A stretch of 64,000 nt of DNA from Candidatus Bathyarchaeia archaeon (GTDB lineage: Bacteria > Patescibacteriota > Microgenomatia > PFEM01 > JAFGMK01): contig DATKWK010000023.1 in assembly GCA_035529595.1 (NCBI GenBank), forward strand, positions 601 to 64,600. The letters are read 5' to 3'. Position 1 is the stretch's first letter. The number at the start of each line of letters is the position of its first letter. A model generated the notes under the pieces. That model was given only the letters and a program-made list of their open reading frames with translations, did no database searches and was not told the origin of the DNA. The position numbers and the translations under genes are program-made. Below are positions 45,970 to 56,552 of this stretch, one piece after another.

Positions 45970-47502
45970 TTATCTCATGATAATAGGCAGATGTAGGCGC
46001 TCTCTGAAGTAATTCGACGCATCACCGGGTTTGCTTGTGATACTGTGATTAAAATCATCCGGATGGATGCTTCCGTCGGCAAATTGCATTTCCAATTCCA
46101 CAAAAGTAGGCCTTCCGTTATGCAAATAGGCAAATGTCAAGTCTCCGAGATCGCCCCAACGCCATACTTTTTGGCCGTTTTTTTCGATTATCATAAACCA
46201 GGTTGCTTCAGGACCGGGAATCAAACCGGCCGGGGTCAAATCAGCTCCTGAAAACGGATTGCCGAACGGGACATATCCATCTTTGATTATGGCGCTGGAA
46301 ACCAAAACTAGTGTTTTTTTCAAAAAGCCGCCTGTCGTCCGGAAGACGGTTAAGGTTCCGCCGTCAAATTCATGATCAGGAAAAGTCAAAGCGTTAAAAC
46401 TGGCAACCGCGTCTTGACAGGGGAAATTTATCATTTCCCGTTCGGCTCTTCTGATATCGTGCAGCCAGCCTCCGCTAACCCGGCGCGCCAAGATCTCTGC
46501 CATATAGGGGCCGAGAGTATGGGGTGGAAACTGGCATTGGGCCATGATGCCCGAGCCACGTTCATCATTACGGCGGCCGACAAAGTAAGCGCGCCATTCT
46601 TCCGGGATGTCTTCCAGACATCTCGGTAGGTCGGCCGGAGCCGAAACGGAACCGGCGCGAAAATTACGAACGGCTTGTTGGAGACGGCGGCCATCCAAAT
46701 CCCACGGCTGCCTTCCGGTGACAGCGTATTCGTAAATGATTTGTTTTATCGTTTCGCTTGAACAGGTTGTGCCGGTGACCGGCGAGCAGAAATCAACGTC
46801 AAGCCTATATTCGTCAGGAAGAAGAGCGATCCAATGGAGAAATTCATGAATCCAACCCCAACTTTTACCGGTCGCCGGATCAAAATAATAATCTAATAGC
46901 GGATTATATGGCCTTGGCAGCAGCCATTGGCCGAAGCTGTTGCTGGAATCATAAAAATGGTCAACGGCAATATAAACGTTGTCGTCGATGCGTACAAGGC
47001 ACCTTAATTCCAGACCGGCAAGCAGCGGATGGGCTGATGTCAGCATCGCGTTTATTTCGGCAGCCTGGGCATTGATGAAAGCTTGGCAGCTACCATATTC
47101 GGTTACTGCCGGAATTAGATCATAGTCTGTTTTAGGAATGACAAGAGTAGCGTATAACTTATTCAGTGCTCGCGGTCGCGCTTCGGCGGTACCGTTTCGA
47201 TAATCTATTAAATCATAGATATTTTGCTGATTGAACGGCGGTTCTGGAAGACAGCCGTAACTTAGAAGTTCGTCAATTTTTTGGCTGGGAAAATTACCTT
47301 CTATCTGACCAGTTATTTCTGCGAGGAATCGGCCGTGCATAAGAGCTCCTCGACTTAATCCTGGTTGAGGTTTAGCATAATATCCAGGTATGTCCTGGCT
47401 CGGAGCGAAATCAGGCGGTTGGTCTTTAGCTGCCAGAAATGCAGCAAAACGAGTACAAAAATCCCGGCGATTCCAAATATTACTTTCCGGATTTCTGCCC
47501 AT
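45970..47502 (-). CDS. hypothetical protein with a HExxH (IHEFLHWIAL) zinc-metallopeptidase-like motif
   Basis: The 510-aa ORF has a single HEFLH motif. This is the only evidence. Confidence 0.4.
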   Translation of the reverse strand: MGRNPESNIWNRRDFCTRFAAFLAAKDQPPDFAPSQDIPGYYAKPQPGLSRGALMHGRFLAEITGQIEGNFPSQKIDELLSYGCLPEPPFNQQNIYDLIDYRNGTAEARPRALNKLYATLVIPKTDYDLIPAVTEYGSCQAFINAQAAEINAMLTSAHPLLAGLELRCLVRIDDNVYIAVDHFYDSSNSFGQWLLPRPYNPLLDYYFDPATGKSWGWIHEFLHWIALLPDEYRLDVDFCSPVTGTTCSSETIKQIIYEYAVTGRQPWDLDGRRLQQAVRNFRAGSVSAPADLPRCLEDIPEEWRAYFVGRRNDERGSGIMAQCQFPPHTLGPYMAEILARRVSGGWLHDIRRAEREMINFPCQDAVASFNALTFPDHEFDGGTLTVFRTTGGFLKKTLVLVSSAIIKDGYVPFGNPFSGADLTPAGLIPGPEATWFMIIEKNGQKVWRWGDLGDLTFAYLHNGRPTFVELEMQFADGSIHPDDFNHSITSKPGDASNYFRERLHLPIIMR

Positions 47503-47845
47503 ATATATAAATAGTATATAGCAGACTTTTTATTTTCACAAGTATTTGTCCTGAGGGCATTCTATTGACAAATGAGACATTAATGTTTAATTTGATTAAT
47601 AGGGTATTCACTAAAGTTATACTTAGAACCTTAATAATTTGCTGATAACTAGAAAGCAATAAGAAGAGGTAATTGTGTTGTGGTTACTACTAAATAATAA
47701 AAGTATAAACTTGGCAAAACACCTCTGTAATTCATTCAATCAATAAAATTAATTAGTGTAACTTTATTTAGGTATTGGCTTATTTTAATTTTTTTACCCT
47801 GCAAGATTTGACAAATAAGGAAAAAAAAGTTTCAATTAAAGATAG

Positions 47846-50800
47846 ATGAAAAAACACTTAGCTGCGACTTTTAAAAAATTAGTTTTCCTCACTTTTCTTT
47901 TCTTTTTTCTCGGGAAATTATCTTGTAAACAGAGCATAGCCTCAGGCGGTTCAATTATTTTGGAAGCCGGTGCTAATATGTCGATAAGAATGACAAAGAA
48001 ATCAAAGTGTGATCCGGCAAGAAATTATATTTTTCAAACGCAACCTGTTAATAGGCAGCTTTTTGATATGAATAGCGATCCACTTAATAGTACGTTTAAT
48101 TTAGGGTCTTACTCTGCGGGGACAGCATTAGTGTTTTTTTATGATACTAAACAAAGTGATTATTGTAAAGATTCGTATACAAATGTGAATTATACAACAT
48201 ATGGGTGGGCTATTAGTGACACGGGAGTGGATAGTTGGACATTAAATCTTGAGGATTGTGCCGCTTGTGGAGGGCCTTTTTTCCAAGACGCAAGTTTTAC
48301 TCTATACGGTGTATTATTGCCGACACCAACACCTATACCTACACCAACGCCAGTTTGTAGTTGTACTGCCTGGAGTAATCAAGGTTGCGATACTTGGTGT
48401 CAGGGAGCCAATTGTTCAGCCAATTTGCTTTGCCAGACTAGGACTTGTAGTCCCCCGCTAGGCTGTTTAACGGAGCAACGGTGTGTTTCAAGCGCCAGTT
48501 GTCCCGTTCCAACACCGACACCGATTCCGACAAACACCCCGAAGCCGCCAACCAATACTCCCATTCCACCGACAAACACCCCGAAGCCGCCGACAGCAAC
48601 CCCAACTCAAGTTCCTTACTGTCGCTGGTGCGGCGATACCTGGCCGTGTTCCAGCGGCCGGAATTGCGACAGTTCTCCCGGAATCTGTATCGTCCCTTTA
48701 AATCGTAATCAGGGAGACTGCGACTGTGATGCCAATTGCAGCGGTAGTCTGGTTTGTGTTGAGGCTGGAACAACCGATCGTTGCTGTTATTACGGTGAAT
48801 CTTACAGCGACGGTTGTTACTATCCCTGCCCCGGGGGGGATGCCGGCGACTCTTTCGGCAGTCCTACCTCAGTCAGCACCCCTTATAATGCTTGTGAATA
48901 TATCTGCCCGCCGGGCGATGAAGATTGGTATAGTTTTACGGTTACGAGCGGCCAGCTAATTAATCTTGACCTAACGAGTCTGCCGGCATCTACTGATTAC
49001 GAGCTTTATCTTTATCGGCCTAATCAAACTGTAGCTGCCAGTTCAACCAGAGGCGCAGGTCTTAGTGAAGCAATCGATTTTACCGCCGATGCCACTGGTA
49101 ACTGGCGCGCTCGGATTTACGGCTATAATAATGCTTGGAATTCATCGGATTCTTTTTGTCTAGCGATTGAAGTAACTACGCCATCCTGTGCCGGATGTTG
49201 GCAGGGAACCACTTGTCTTGCTGGCACCACTAATACTGCTTGTGGAATGAATGGAGTAATCTGTGTCGATTGCACTGCAAGTGGCCAGATTTGCCTTAAT
49301 CGGCAGTGTGTTTCGCTTTCACCAACTCCCACCACTACAATTACCCCGACACCGGTCACTCCCTTCTGTCGTTGGACTTGCGATACTTGGCCTTGTTCGT
49401 CCTCGCTGACTTGCGACTGCGGCCCTAATGCCGATTGTAGCGGAGGCAGCTGTATTATTCTTGACCGGAATCAGGGAGACTGCGATGGCGACTGTAACTG
49501 CCGGGGCAGCTTAGTCTGCTACCAGCGCGACGGTACCGACTATTGTTGTAATGTTGGAGAAATCTGGGATGGTTCTTGTACTACCCCAATTACCCCGATC
49601 CCGACACCGACGCCAACCGTTAACCCTGCTTGCCCGGCCGGTGATGTCGGCGATAGTTTTGACGCTGCCGCCGTTGTCTCTGCTCCTGCCAGTTACAACG
49701 AATATATTTGTGCCATCGGCGATGAAGACTGGTACCGTTTTTCGGTTATCGGCACCGATATTAATGTTAGCCTTACCAGCCTTCCGGCTGACTATGATCT
49801 TTATCTTTACCGGCCCGATGGTAGTCTGGCTGACCAATCGGAAAATAGCGGTACTGCCGATGAATCGATTAGCTTCACGGCCGATATGAGCGGTGATTGG
49901 CGAGTGATGATTCTTGGCTATAACGGCGCTTGGGATCCCTCCGATAGTTATTCCCTTTTAATAACTTTAATTAACGAACCGACTGCCACTGCTACGCCGG
50001 TTGAGACTTGCCAGTGGACTCAAGGTGAAACGTGGGATACTCATATTATGCTGGGTGATGATCCCCAGGTTCATAGCTTTTCACCGCCGTCAGGAACCGT
50101 TGGTGATACCGAGGAAGTGGAGATCCGAACTTACTGGCAATGGTCCGGCTCTTATAACCAGAACCAACATAATGAAGATCATCGTGTAACAACGCCTTTT
50201 GGTATTTCCCAATGCCGGGATTTGGGTGATGAAGAGCTGGAAGGCCAATCGTTGGTCTGTTCGCCGGGACCCGGTACTTTATCAGGAAATTGGACGCAAG
50301 CAGATGGCGATTTGGAAGTGACGGTGGCATTTGCCGGAGATGACAGCTCTCCCGGTTCCCATTACTCACGCGTTTCCATTTGGTGGTGTGTAACGCCGCC
50401 GCCGCCGACGGCTGTGCCAACGCCGACGCCGGTGATTTGCGAGGCGCCGGTTATTAGTAGTAACTACATCTGTCCTGATGAGACTGAAACTGGTTTTCGG
50501 TTTACCAATGTCACTATTCCTTCCGGAGCCCAAATTAACCAAGCCAACTTACGTTTATATACCCGTGACTTCCATGGTGACGTTAGCCTGTTGGTTTCGG
50601 CAGAAGATGTTGATAATGCCGAGAATTTTCTAACCGATCCGGTAAGTAATCGTCTCGGGACGACTGCTCAAGTCAACTGGTCGTTAACCCCGGCCGTCGG
50701 TTGGAATCAATCACCCAATTTGGCTTCACTAATTCAGGAGATAATCGATCGTGATAACTGGCAGGCCGGTTACAGCCTTAATCTTTTGCTTCACAATACG

Positions 50801-52339
50801 GGCAGTAACGGCGCTTGGGCAGTGAATGCTTATGATAATTTGCCCTCGGAAGCCGCGACCTTGATTGTTACTTATACCTTGCCGCCGGATCCAATCATAT
50901 ATTCCTTTGATGGCCAAATCGCTGCCAGTGCTGATGATTCCTGCTCCGGAGCCGGAGAAATTCATCCTAGTTGGTCTGCCGGTTGGCCTTTAGTGCCGTT
51001 GGGCGGTCCTTCGGTAACTATTAACTGGCTTTGGGATGAGATAGAAGATCCTTTCGGTGGAACAATGCAGTACCAGTTCCAGTTGGCCCGGGATGCTGAT
51101 TTTAACGAAATCATCTTCGATAGCGGCTGGCAGGTTGAACTTCTGGAGGTAACTACTCCTGGTCTGGAAGACGAAAGAGTCTATTATGCCCGAGTCCGCT
51201 CGGACGGTGAATGTTTACCTTCTTCTTGGACAAATACGTCAAGGATACCTAATTGTACAGATGAAGATCCTTTCTGTGCGGAGCCGCCGCCCCCCAGAGA
51301 TCCGCCTGATGCCTGGTGTCAGGGCGGCAGCGTTTGTATCCGCTGGGGTTGGTTGCCGGTTGAAGGAGCAAATGAGTATCGGGTCAAAATTTTTGACGAA
51401 AATCTTTGGGAAATCTTGGATACCGACTGGAACGGGGCGGCAACCTTTCCTCGGGTTGACAGTTATCTTACTTACACGACCTGCGGTCTCGACAGCGACG
51501 AAATTTACTCTAGTCAAATCGGGGCACGCGGATTTTGCAGCTTTGAGCGCTGGTCCGGTTTGACTCCTTACTCGCACCATTGCGAACCCGGTCTTTCTTC
51601 TTCTTGGTTCCAAACCCAGGGAGGCGATGTCCACTCGCAGGGAAGCGTCGACTCTAATATACCCGGGGCTACGGCCGAGCCTTATTTTTCCGTTGACGGT
51701 TCTGCCGGCTATCCCGGTTTAGTTTCTTATCACGGCGATGAGGCTAGTTTTGGCAGCGGCGATGTTTCCACTACCGGCTGGCTGGCCCAAGACAGTTTTG
51801 CTATTCTTTATAATTTTGATTACTTTTATCGTCGTTTTGATTCACCGGAGGATAACCTTAATGAACTATCAGTCTCCCTTGATGATCTGATTAATGCCCA
51901 AGTTGGCGAGGATTTAATCGTCGTTTATCCTGGTGCGAGTCAGGATTTAACGATTACCGGAGGGGAAGTCACTGGTGGCCAACAGCTGGTTATTCTAGTC
52001 GACGGCCAGTTAACTATTACTGGTGACATGACAGCCACTAGCGCCGATAAAAGCTTCCTAGGTATTTTTACGTCAGGTGATATTCTTGTTGAAGGTCAAG
52101 TAACCAATCTCGAAGGCCTTTATTTTAGTGATAGCCGGATTGATTCATGTTCTTATGCTCCCTGCAACCAGCAATTGGAAGTAAACGGAGCCATGGTCGC
52201 CGACGAGTTTATCCTGTCGAGAAACCTGGCCGATAATACCGAACCGGCCGAAGTTTTCCGCTACCGGCCTGATCTTGTTTTAAACGCTCCGCTTCTTATG
52301 TGGCGCAGTCCTCAGAGTTGGCAGGAACTGGCTCCGTAA
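47846..52339 (+). CDS. giant secreted Cys-rich protein with PT linkers and two PPC domains
   Basis: 1497-aa ORF with a signal peptide. It has two YIC..GDEDWY.F...DYDLYLYRP...W...I.GYN PPC modules and repeated CDTWPCSS-type Cys modules. Confidence 0.6.
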   Translation: MKKHLAATFKKLVFLTFLFFFLGKLSCKQSIASGGSIILEAGANMSIRMTKKSKCDPARNYIFQTQPVNRQLFDMNSDPLNSTFNLGSYSAGTALVFFYDTKQSDYCKDSYTNVNYTTYGWAISDTGVDSWTLNLEDCAACGGPFFQDASFTLYGVLLPTPTPIPTPTPVCSCTAWSNQGCDTWCQGANCSANLLCQTRTCSPPLGCLTEQRCVSSASCPVPTPTPIPTNTPKPPTNTPIPPTNTPKPPTATPTQVPYCRWCGDTWPCSSGRNCDSSPGICIVPLNRNQGDCDCDANCSGSLVCVEAGTTDRCCYYGESYSDGCYYPCPGGDAGDSFGSPTSVSTPYNACEYICPPGDEDWYSFTVTSGQLINLDLTSLPASTDYELYLYRPNQTVAASSTRGAGLSEAIDFTADATGNWRARIYGYNNAWNSSDSFCLAIEVTTPSCAGCWQGTTCLAGTTNTACGMNGVICVDCTASGQICLNRQCVSLSPTPTTTITPTPVTPFCRWTCDTWPCSSSLTCDCGPNADCSGGSCIILDRNQGDCDGDCNCRGSLVCYQRDGTDYCCNVGEIWDGSCTTPITPIPTPTPTVNPACPAGDVGDSFDAAAVVSAPASYNEYICAIGDEDWYRFSVIGTDINVSLTSLPADYDLYLYRPDGSLADQSENSGTADESISFTADMSGDWRVMILGYNGAWDPSDSYSLLITLINEPTATATPVETCQWTQGETWDTHIMLGDDPQVHSFSPPSGTVGDTEEVEIRTYWQWSGSYNQNQHNEDHRVTTPFGISQCRDLGDEELEGQSLVCSPGPGTLSGNWTQADGDLEVTVAFAGDDSSPGSHYSRVSIWWCVTPPPPTAVPTPTPVICEAPVISSNYICPDETETGFRFTNVTIPSGAQINQANLRLYTRDFHGDVSLLVSAEDVDNAENFLTDPVSNRLGTTAQVNWSLTPAVGWNQSPNLASLIQEIIDRDNWQAGYSLNLLLHNTGSNGAWAVNAYDNLPSEAATLIVTYTLPPDPIIYSFDGQIAASADDSCSGAGEIHPSWSAGWPLVPLGGPSVTINWLWDEIEDPFGGTMQYQFQLARDADFNEIIFDSGWQVELLEVTTPGLEDERVYYARVRSDGECLPSSWTNTSRIPNCTDEDPFCAEPPPPRDPPDAWCQGGSVCIRWGWLPVEGANEYRVKIFDENLWEILDTDWNGAATFPRVDSYLTYTTCGLDSDEIYSSQIGARGFCSFERWSGLTPYSHHCEPGLSSSWFQTQGGDVHSQGSVDSNIPGATAEPYFSVDGSAGYPGLVSYHGDEASFGSGDVSTTGWLAQDSFAILYNFDYFYRRFDSPEDNLNELSVSLDDLINAQVGEDLIVVYPGASQDLTITGGEVTGGQQLVILVDGQLTITGDMTATSADKSFLGIFTSGDILVEGQVTNLEGLYFSDSRIDSCSYAPCNQQLEVNGAMVADEFILSRNLADNTEPAEVFRYRPDLVLNAPLLMWRSPQSWQELAP

Positions 52340-52563
52340 GAAGAAAACAAAGACTTTTTTATTATTCTTGTTGAGCTCTCTACTTAATATATTGCCTCTA
52401 TTTGTTATCTTAATATTGCCAGTTTCAGTTGAAGAGAGTAAATAAAGGCAGATTGGTTTTAAAAGATGATGATTTGATAAATCACGAATGAAGGAACCTG
52501 TCGGAGTAGAAAATGCGGTAGTCAGCGAAAGTCAAACCCAAAGTATTAGGAACCTTACAGCTG

Positions 52564-53274
52564 TTATAATAACCTAAAGGAGTTAAAGATTAAGTCAAAA
52601 GTATCGGCGGCTTCGCTAGAGGCGGTTTTGACCGGGTCATATTCATAGCTAAAAGCATAAATGCTCGGTCCGTCTTGAATGAATCCTTGTTCCGATGGAT
52701 TTTCTGCCTTGTCACAGGCAACCCGGTAACCTTGCCGGTAAGAACCGATATCGACTTCTTTTTTATCACAGCCTTTTTGGGCGAGTTCTTCGGTCATCTT
52801 TTTTGCAGACGGAGTATTAGCGTCTTCGCTTGCCGGGTAGTAGCCGGCGGTTAAGGTAAATTTAGACTCCGGTCCTAACTTAAAAGTAGTTCCATTGTCG
52901 TTTTTTTCGGAAAGTACTTTGCCCCACTGAACCGGATAATCAACACTAAATTCATACGCTTCGCTTTTATAATTAGTAAGCTGAACTGATCCTGAAATTT
53001 GAGAATCTTGATTTGGGTTTTCATTAGGCAAATCCTGTGTTTCCAAGCCTTGTTTTTTAGGGTAGGGAGGGATTTTGGAAGGCGTTTTGCGTAAATTCAG
53101 AAAGAGGTAGATTATTACGCCCAAAGTAATTAGAAACAGCACTGAGAAGATAATCAAAGTAAGATTGGTTTTCTGGTCCTCAGAGGCTGATCTTGGAATC
53201 GCCTTGATTTCCGAGTTGGTTTTCTTATTGACCATTCTATCTTTAAGTAAAGCAATACTTGACTCTTTTGTCAA
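52564..53274 (-). CDS. membrane-anchored secreted protein, a paralog of 45254..45859
   Basis: See the paralog; the C-terminus is FNSFRLL. Confidence 0.5.
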   Translation of the reverse strand: MTKESSIALLKDRMVNKKTNSEIKAIPRSASEDQKTNLTLIIFSVLFLITLGVIIYLFLNLRKTPSKIPPYPKKQGLETQDLPNENPNQDSQISGSVQLTNYKSEAYEFSVDYPVQWGKVLSEKNDNGTTFKLGPESKFTLTAGYYPASEDANTPSAKKMTEELAQKGCDKKEVDIGSYRQGYRVACDKAENPSEQGFIQDGPSIYAFSYEYDPVKTASSEAADTFDLIFNSFRLL

Positions 53275-53319
53275 GCGATAAATTCTGCTGTCTCTACCGT
53301 ATATTTGTATAAAAGAGAC

Positions 53320-53562
53320 TTATTCCGTTTTACTTTGCATTCCCAGGAGCCAGAGAACCGCTTCTTTACGATAGCGCCGGTCGCCCCGGCTGTTAATGCG
53401 GATTGCCGGCAACTTGCCTCTTTTACCCCAGCGCTTGATTGTCAGGGGAGAAACCCGCAGAAGATTGGCTACTTCGCGAACAGTTAGTAAATCAGGCAGG
53501 TCATCAAGCCTGGGCGATTTCTTGGGCTTTTTTTGTTCGTCTGTCATGATTGACCTTTTCAA
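53320..53562 (-). CDS. excisionase/MerR-type helix-turn-helix DNA-binding protein
   Basis: LLTVREVANLLRVSPLTIKRWGKRGKLPAIRI is typical of the excisionase-family HTH. Confidence 0.55.
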   Translation of the reverse strand: MKRSIMTDEQKKPKKSPRLDDLPDLLTVREVANLLRVSPLTIKRWGKRGKLPAIRINSRGDRRYRKEAVLWLLGMQSKTE

Positions 53563-53668
53563 AAATAATTAATAAATTCTTCGCTTGTCTGTCTGAATAA
53601 TGTGCTTTCTTAGTCTTAATGTATCAAAATATGGCAGTAACTGTCAAGAGGGTAAGATTAATGAAAAC

Positions 53669-54250
53669 TTAAGTCTTTATTCTGCGGCCGAAACGCAACA
53701 GGAAATGAAGAACTTCAGTAACTGTCGGAAAGAAATCATTAATTTCATCTTGTGAGAGAACTAAACTGGTTTCGGAAAGATATCTGCTAATTAAGCCAAC
53801 GATTTGCCGGCCGCTTAGGCCCTGAGCTGTTTTTTCCAGCAAAAATCTTTCAAGAGTTAACAGTTCGGTCATGGCTAAATCTTGAGCAAAACAGGCAGTA
53901 ATTTCCTGTTTTAGGTTAACTTGCGTGCCTATTTTCCTTCGAACAAAGAGATAAGCCCGACCGATTTTTTGGCCGATTTGCTCTTCCGGGCAAGACTGTC
54001 CGACGACAATTTGAGAAAAGGAGAATTCGGGGTCAGTCGTCGGATCCATAAAGCCGGCCTTAACAGCAAAAAGCCGTTGTGTTTCTTCAGGTTTGATTCC
54101 GGCCAGTAAACCTTCGATAATTAGAGCATCAGTCAAATAACCCATCCCGGCTGGGGCTAAGCCAAATTCTTTAGCCAGTTTACCTGCCCACTCGGTTGGA
54201 TTCTGACTTGATTTTTGAGCGATTGCCTGGAAAAAAGGTCGGTTGGCCAT
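53669..54250 (-). CDS. hypothetical protein
   Basis: 193-aa ORF. Confidence 0.4.
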   Translation of the reverse strand: MANRPFFQAIAQKSSQNPTEWAGKLAKEFGLAPAGMGYLTDALIIEGLLAGIKPEETQRLFAVKAGFMDPTTDPEFSFSQIVVGQSCPEEQIGQKIGRAYLFVRRKIGTQVNLKQEITACFAQDLAMTELLTLERFLLEKTAQGLSGRQIVGLISRYLSETSLVLSQDEINDFFPTVTEVLHFLLRFGRRIKT

Positions 54251-54570
54251 TCTTTTTGTAGATATCCTGGAGAAGTTGCCTGATTCGGCGGCTAGTATAA
54301 TTCGCTGACATGGTCTTTATCTACCGGTAAAGCCTCAATATCCTCAATATCGCTAAGGAGGACAATTTCCGGTTGTCTTTCTTCGGCCCTATGACCACGT
54401 TCAGTTAGAATTGTCTTCAACAAAGCGGATTCTGGATCTAATGGCGGTTAAGGAGAAGGTGTTAATCTTTCTATGCTTGGTCCGGCCATATTTTAAATTC
54501 AATAATAAAAAACGAATGTATTATAGGACTTGATTTTCAGAAAATCAATCCCTGATTACCTAACTCCGCC

Positions 54571-54616
54571 TGACACCCCGGGGGTGCACTGCTATTGACA
54601 CCTTGGTACAGAGGTG
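54571..54616. repeat. REP-like element copy 3 (GACACCCCGGGGGTGCAC hairpin plus TATTGACACCTTGGTACA)
   Basis: It lies immediately upstream of the Y1 transposase start. Confidence 0.6.
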
Positions 54617-54632
54617 TTATTTTATCCTCAGA

Positions 54633-55286
54633 ATGGCCCGACGAAAAGTCATCCTTGCCGAAGGACAAATCTATCATATCTTTAACCGGGGCGTAGAAAA
54701 AAGAGAAACATTTCTTGATAAAAGAGATTACCTTCGTTTTTTTAAAACCTCTGAGTATTACCAAATGGCTAATCCTGAAGTTCGTTTTTCCTTTCGTAAG
54801 CGCCCAAAAGTCGGAAAACAAACGATTCCTAAAAAAACACAGAAATCAGTCGATATTTATGCCTATTGTCTGATGCCTAATCATTTCCATTTTTTATTAA
54901 AACAAAATATTCAAAACGGGATATCAACTTTTATAAGTAGGCTTACCAATAGCTACACTAGATATTTCAATATTCGATATAAAAGGATTGGGCACCTTTT
55001 TCAGGGCAGTTTTAAGGCGGTCAGAATTATCGGTAATGAGCAATTACTACATGTAGCCCGTTATATCCACCTTAATCCTTTGATTGATTATTTAGTTAAA
55101 GATTTAAAAGAATTCAATTTTTCTTCCTATCCCGAATATGTCGGTCTGAAAAAGGGAATTAGTTCGCCTGACGAGATTTTGGGACAGTTTCAGTCAATTT
55201 CCGACTACGAAAAATTCGTTTTAGACCAGGAAGATTATGCCAGGGAACTGAAAAGTATCCAGCGTTTACTTCTTGAAGACCATTAA
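54633..55286 (+). CDS. IS200-like Y1 (HUH) transposase, REP-associated (RAYT-like)
   Basis: HUH motif MPNHFHFLL. The catalytic Tyr region is SYTRYFNIRY and the N-terminus is IYHIFNRG. It is flanked on both sides by REP hairpins. The start is at MARRKV; the track ORF begins at 54603. Confidence 0.75.
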   Translation: MARRKVILAEGQIYHIFNRGVEKRETFLDKRDYLRFFKTSEYYQMANPEVRFSFRKRPKVGKQTIPKKTQKSVDIYAYCLMPNHFHFLLKQNIQNGISTFISRLTNSYTRYFNIRYKRIGHLFQGSFKAVRIIGNEQLLHVARYIHLNPLIDYLVKDLKEFNFSSYPEYVGLKKGISSPDEILGQFQSISDYEKFVLDQEDYARELKSIQRLLLEDH

Positions 55287-55343
55287 CCAAGGTGTCTACT
55301 TATGTACACCCCGGGGGTGAACGCATATAGACACCTTGGTAGA
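55287..55343. repeat. REP-like element copy 4 (CCAAGGTGTCTA, then a TACACCCCGGGGGTGAAC hairpin, then TAGACACCTTGGTAGA)
   Basis: It lies between the transposase stop and the rplL stop. Confidence 0.6.
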
Positions 55344-55350
55344 GGAAGGT

Positions 55351-55788
55351 TTATTTCAGTTCAACGGTAGCGCCGACGCCTTCGAGTTTTTTCTTGGCTT
55401 CCTCGGCGGTTTTTTTATTAACACCGGTCAAAATTTCTTTTGGTGCGGCATCGACTAAATCTTTGGCTTCTTTAAGACCGAGATTCTGGTTGATTTCTCT
55501 GACAGTTTTGATTACCTGGATTTTGTTAGCACCGGCGTTTGCCAGGACGACATTAAAGGTTGTCTGTTCCGGAGCGGCTTTTTCACTAGCAGCTTCTCCG
55601 GTAGTAGCGGGAGCGGCCACGGCAGTGGGCATGGCGCTGACGCCAAACTTGTCTTCCAAGGCTTTAACCAAGTCATTGAGCTCTAAAACGGAAAGTTTTT
55701 CGATTTCTCCAATTATCTGGCCAAGCTTTGGCGAAACTTTAACTTCTTTTTTTTCTTCTTGTTTTGGTTCGTCTACCATAAATTTCAC
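55351..55788 (-). CDS. rplL: 50S ribosomal protein L7/L12
   Basis: The C-terminal domain [31 protein letters not shown]...GATVELK. Confidence 0.9.
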   Translation of the reverse strand: MKFMVDEPKQEEKKEVKVSPKLGQIIGEIEKLSVLELNDLVKALEDKFGVSAMPTAVAAPATTGEAASEKAAPEQTTFNVVLANAGANKIQVIKTVREINQNLGLKEAKDLVDAAPKEILTGVNKKTAEEAKKKLEGVGATVELK

Positions 55789-55801
55789 CTCCTTTAATAA
55801 T

Positions 55802-56335
55802 TTACGATACCTGTTGTTTATCGGCTAAATTGTTAATAATTAGTACTAATTTCCGCCGGTTCCAATTTAAGCTGTTGACCAAGCCGTAGATCGGGGAAGC
55901 CACCAGTCCGACCAATTTGGCCTCAAGTTGGTTTCGGGCGGGGATTTGAGCCAGCTGATTGACTCTATCGGCAGATAATAATTCGTCAGCCAAAAAACCG
56001 GCTTTGATCTTTGGCAGCTCGTTTTCCTTCGCGAATTGAGTCAAGGTTTTAAGAGGGGCAAGTTCGTCTTCATTAGCCCAGAGGATGGCAGTCGGCCCGG
56101 TCAGCAAAGAACTGGTTTCGTCGTTTAATAAATTTTTATTAACTGCTTGGAACGCCAGCTTTAAAAGCCGGTTTTTGGTGACCTCCAGCTCGCCACCGGC
56201 TTCTTTGATCGCCTGACGTAAAGCGGTCATCTTTACTACATTTAAGCCGCGATAATCGGTTAAAAAGATGGCCTTGGCCTCTTTGATTTTTTGAGTCAGA
56301 TTCTGAACTGTAAAAATTTTACTTTGGACAACCAT
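55802..56335 (-). CDS. rplJ: 50S ribosomal protein L10
   Basis: N-terminal [20 protein letters not shown]. It lies upstream of rplL. Confidence 0.85.
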   Translation of the reverse strand: MVVQSKIFTVQNLTQKIKEAKAIFLTDYRGLNVVKMTALRQAIKEAGGELEVTKNRLLKLAFQAVNKNLLNDETSSLLTGPTAILWANEDELAPLKTLTQFAKENELPKIKAGFLADELLSADRVNQLAQIPARNQLEAKLVGLVASPIYGLVNSLNWNRRKLVLIINNLADKQQVS

Positions 56336-56371
56336 ATTTGTTCCTTTCTGCCTGCCTGTCGGTATAAAAAA

Positions 56372-56400
56372 ACCTCGGTCTGGCCGAGGTGAAATTCTAA
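56372..56400 (-). terminator. hairpin plus T-run (CACCTCGGCCAGACCGAGGTTTTTTT on the minus strand) 35 nt upstream of rplJ; terminator or attenuator
   Basis: Stem CCTCGG/CCGAGG with a T7 run. Confidence 0.4.
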
Positions 56401-56552
56401 ATTATCTTTACCTCGGCGGGCTCGGTTATAGTTTTACCGAATTATTCCGATCAATAATCGGAACCGGCTGTCTTTGGCTTATGATGTTTTTATATTTTAT
56501 AGCATATTCAATTTAAAATCAAGACTTCCGTTTCTTTCTAAGTGAAACCGGT

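Noticed and set aside
54306-54490. About 60-codon minus-strand ORF upstream of gene 53669..54250 with a faint RelB-like C-terminus (LLSDIEDIEALPVD)
   Set aside because: It has an in-frame TAA at codon 14 and the similarity is too weak to call. It may be a decayed antitoxin, but this is unsupported.
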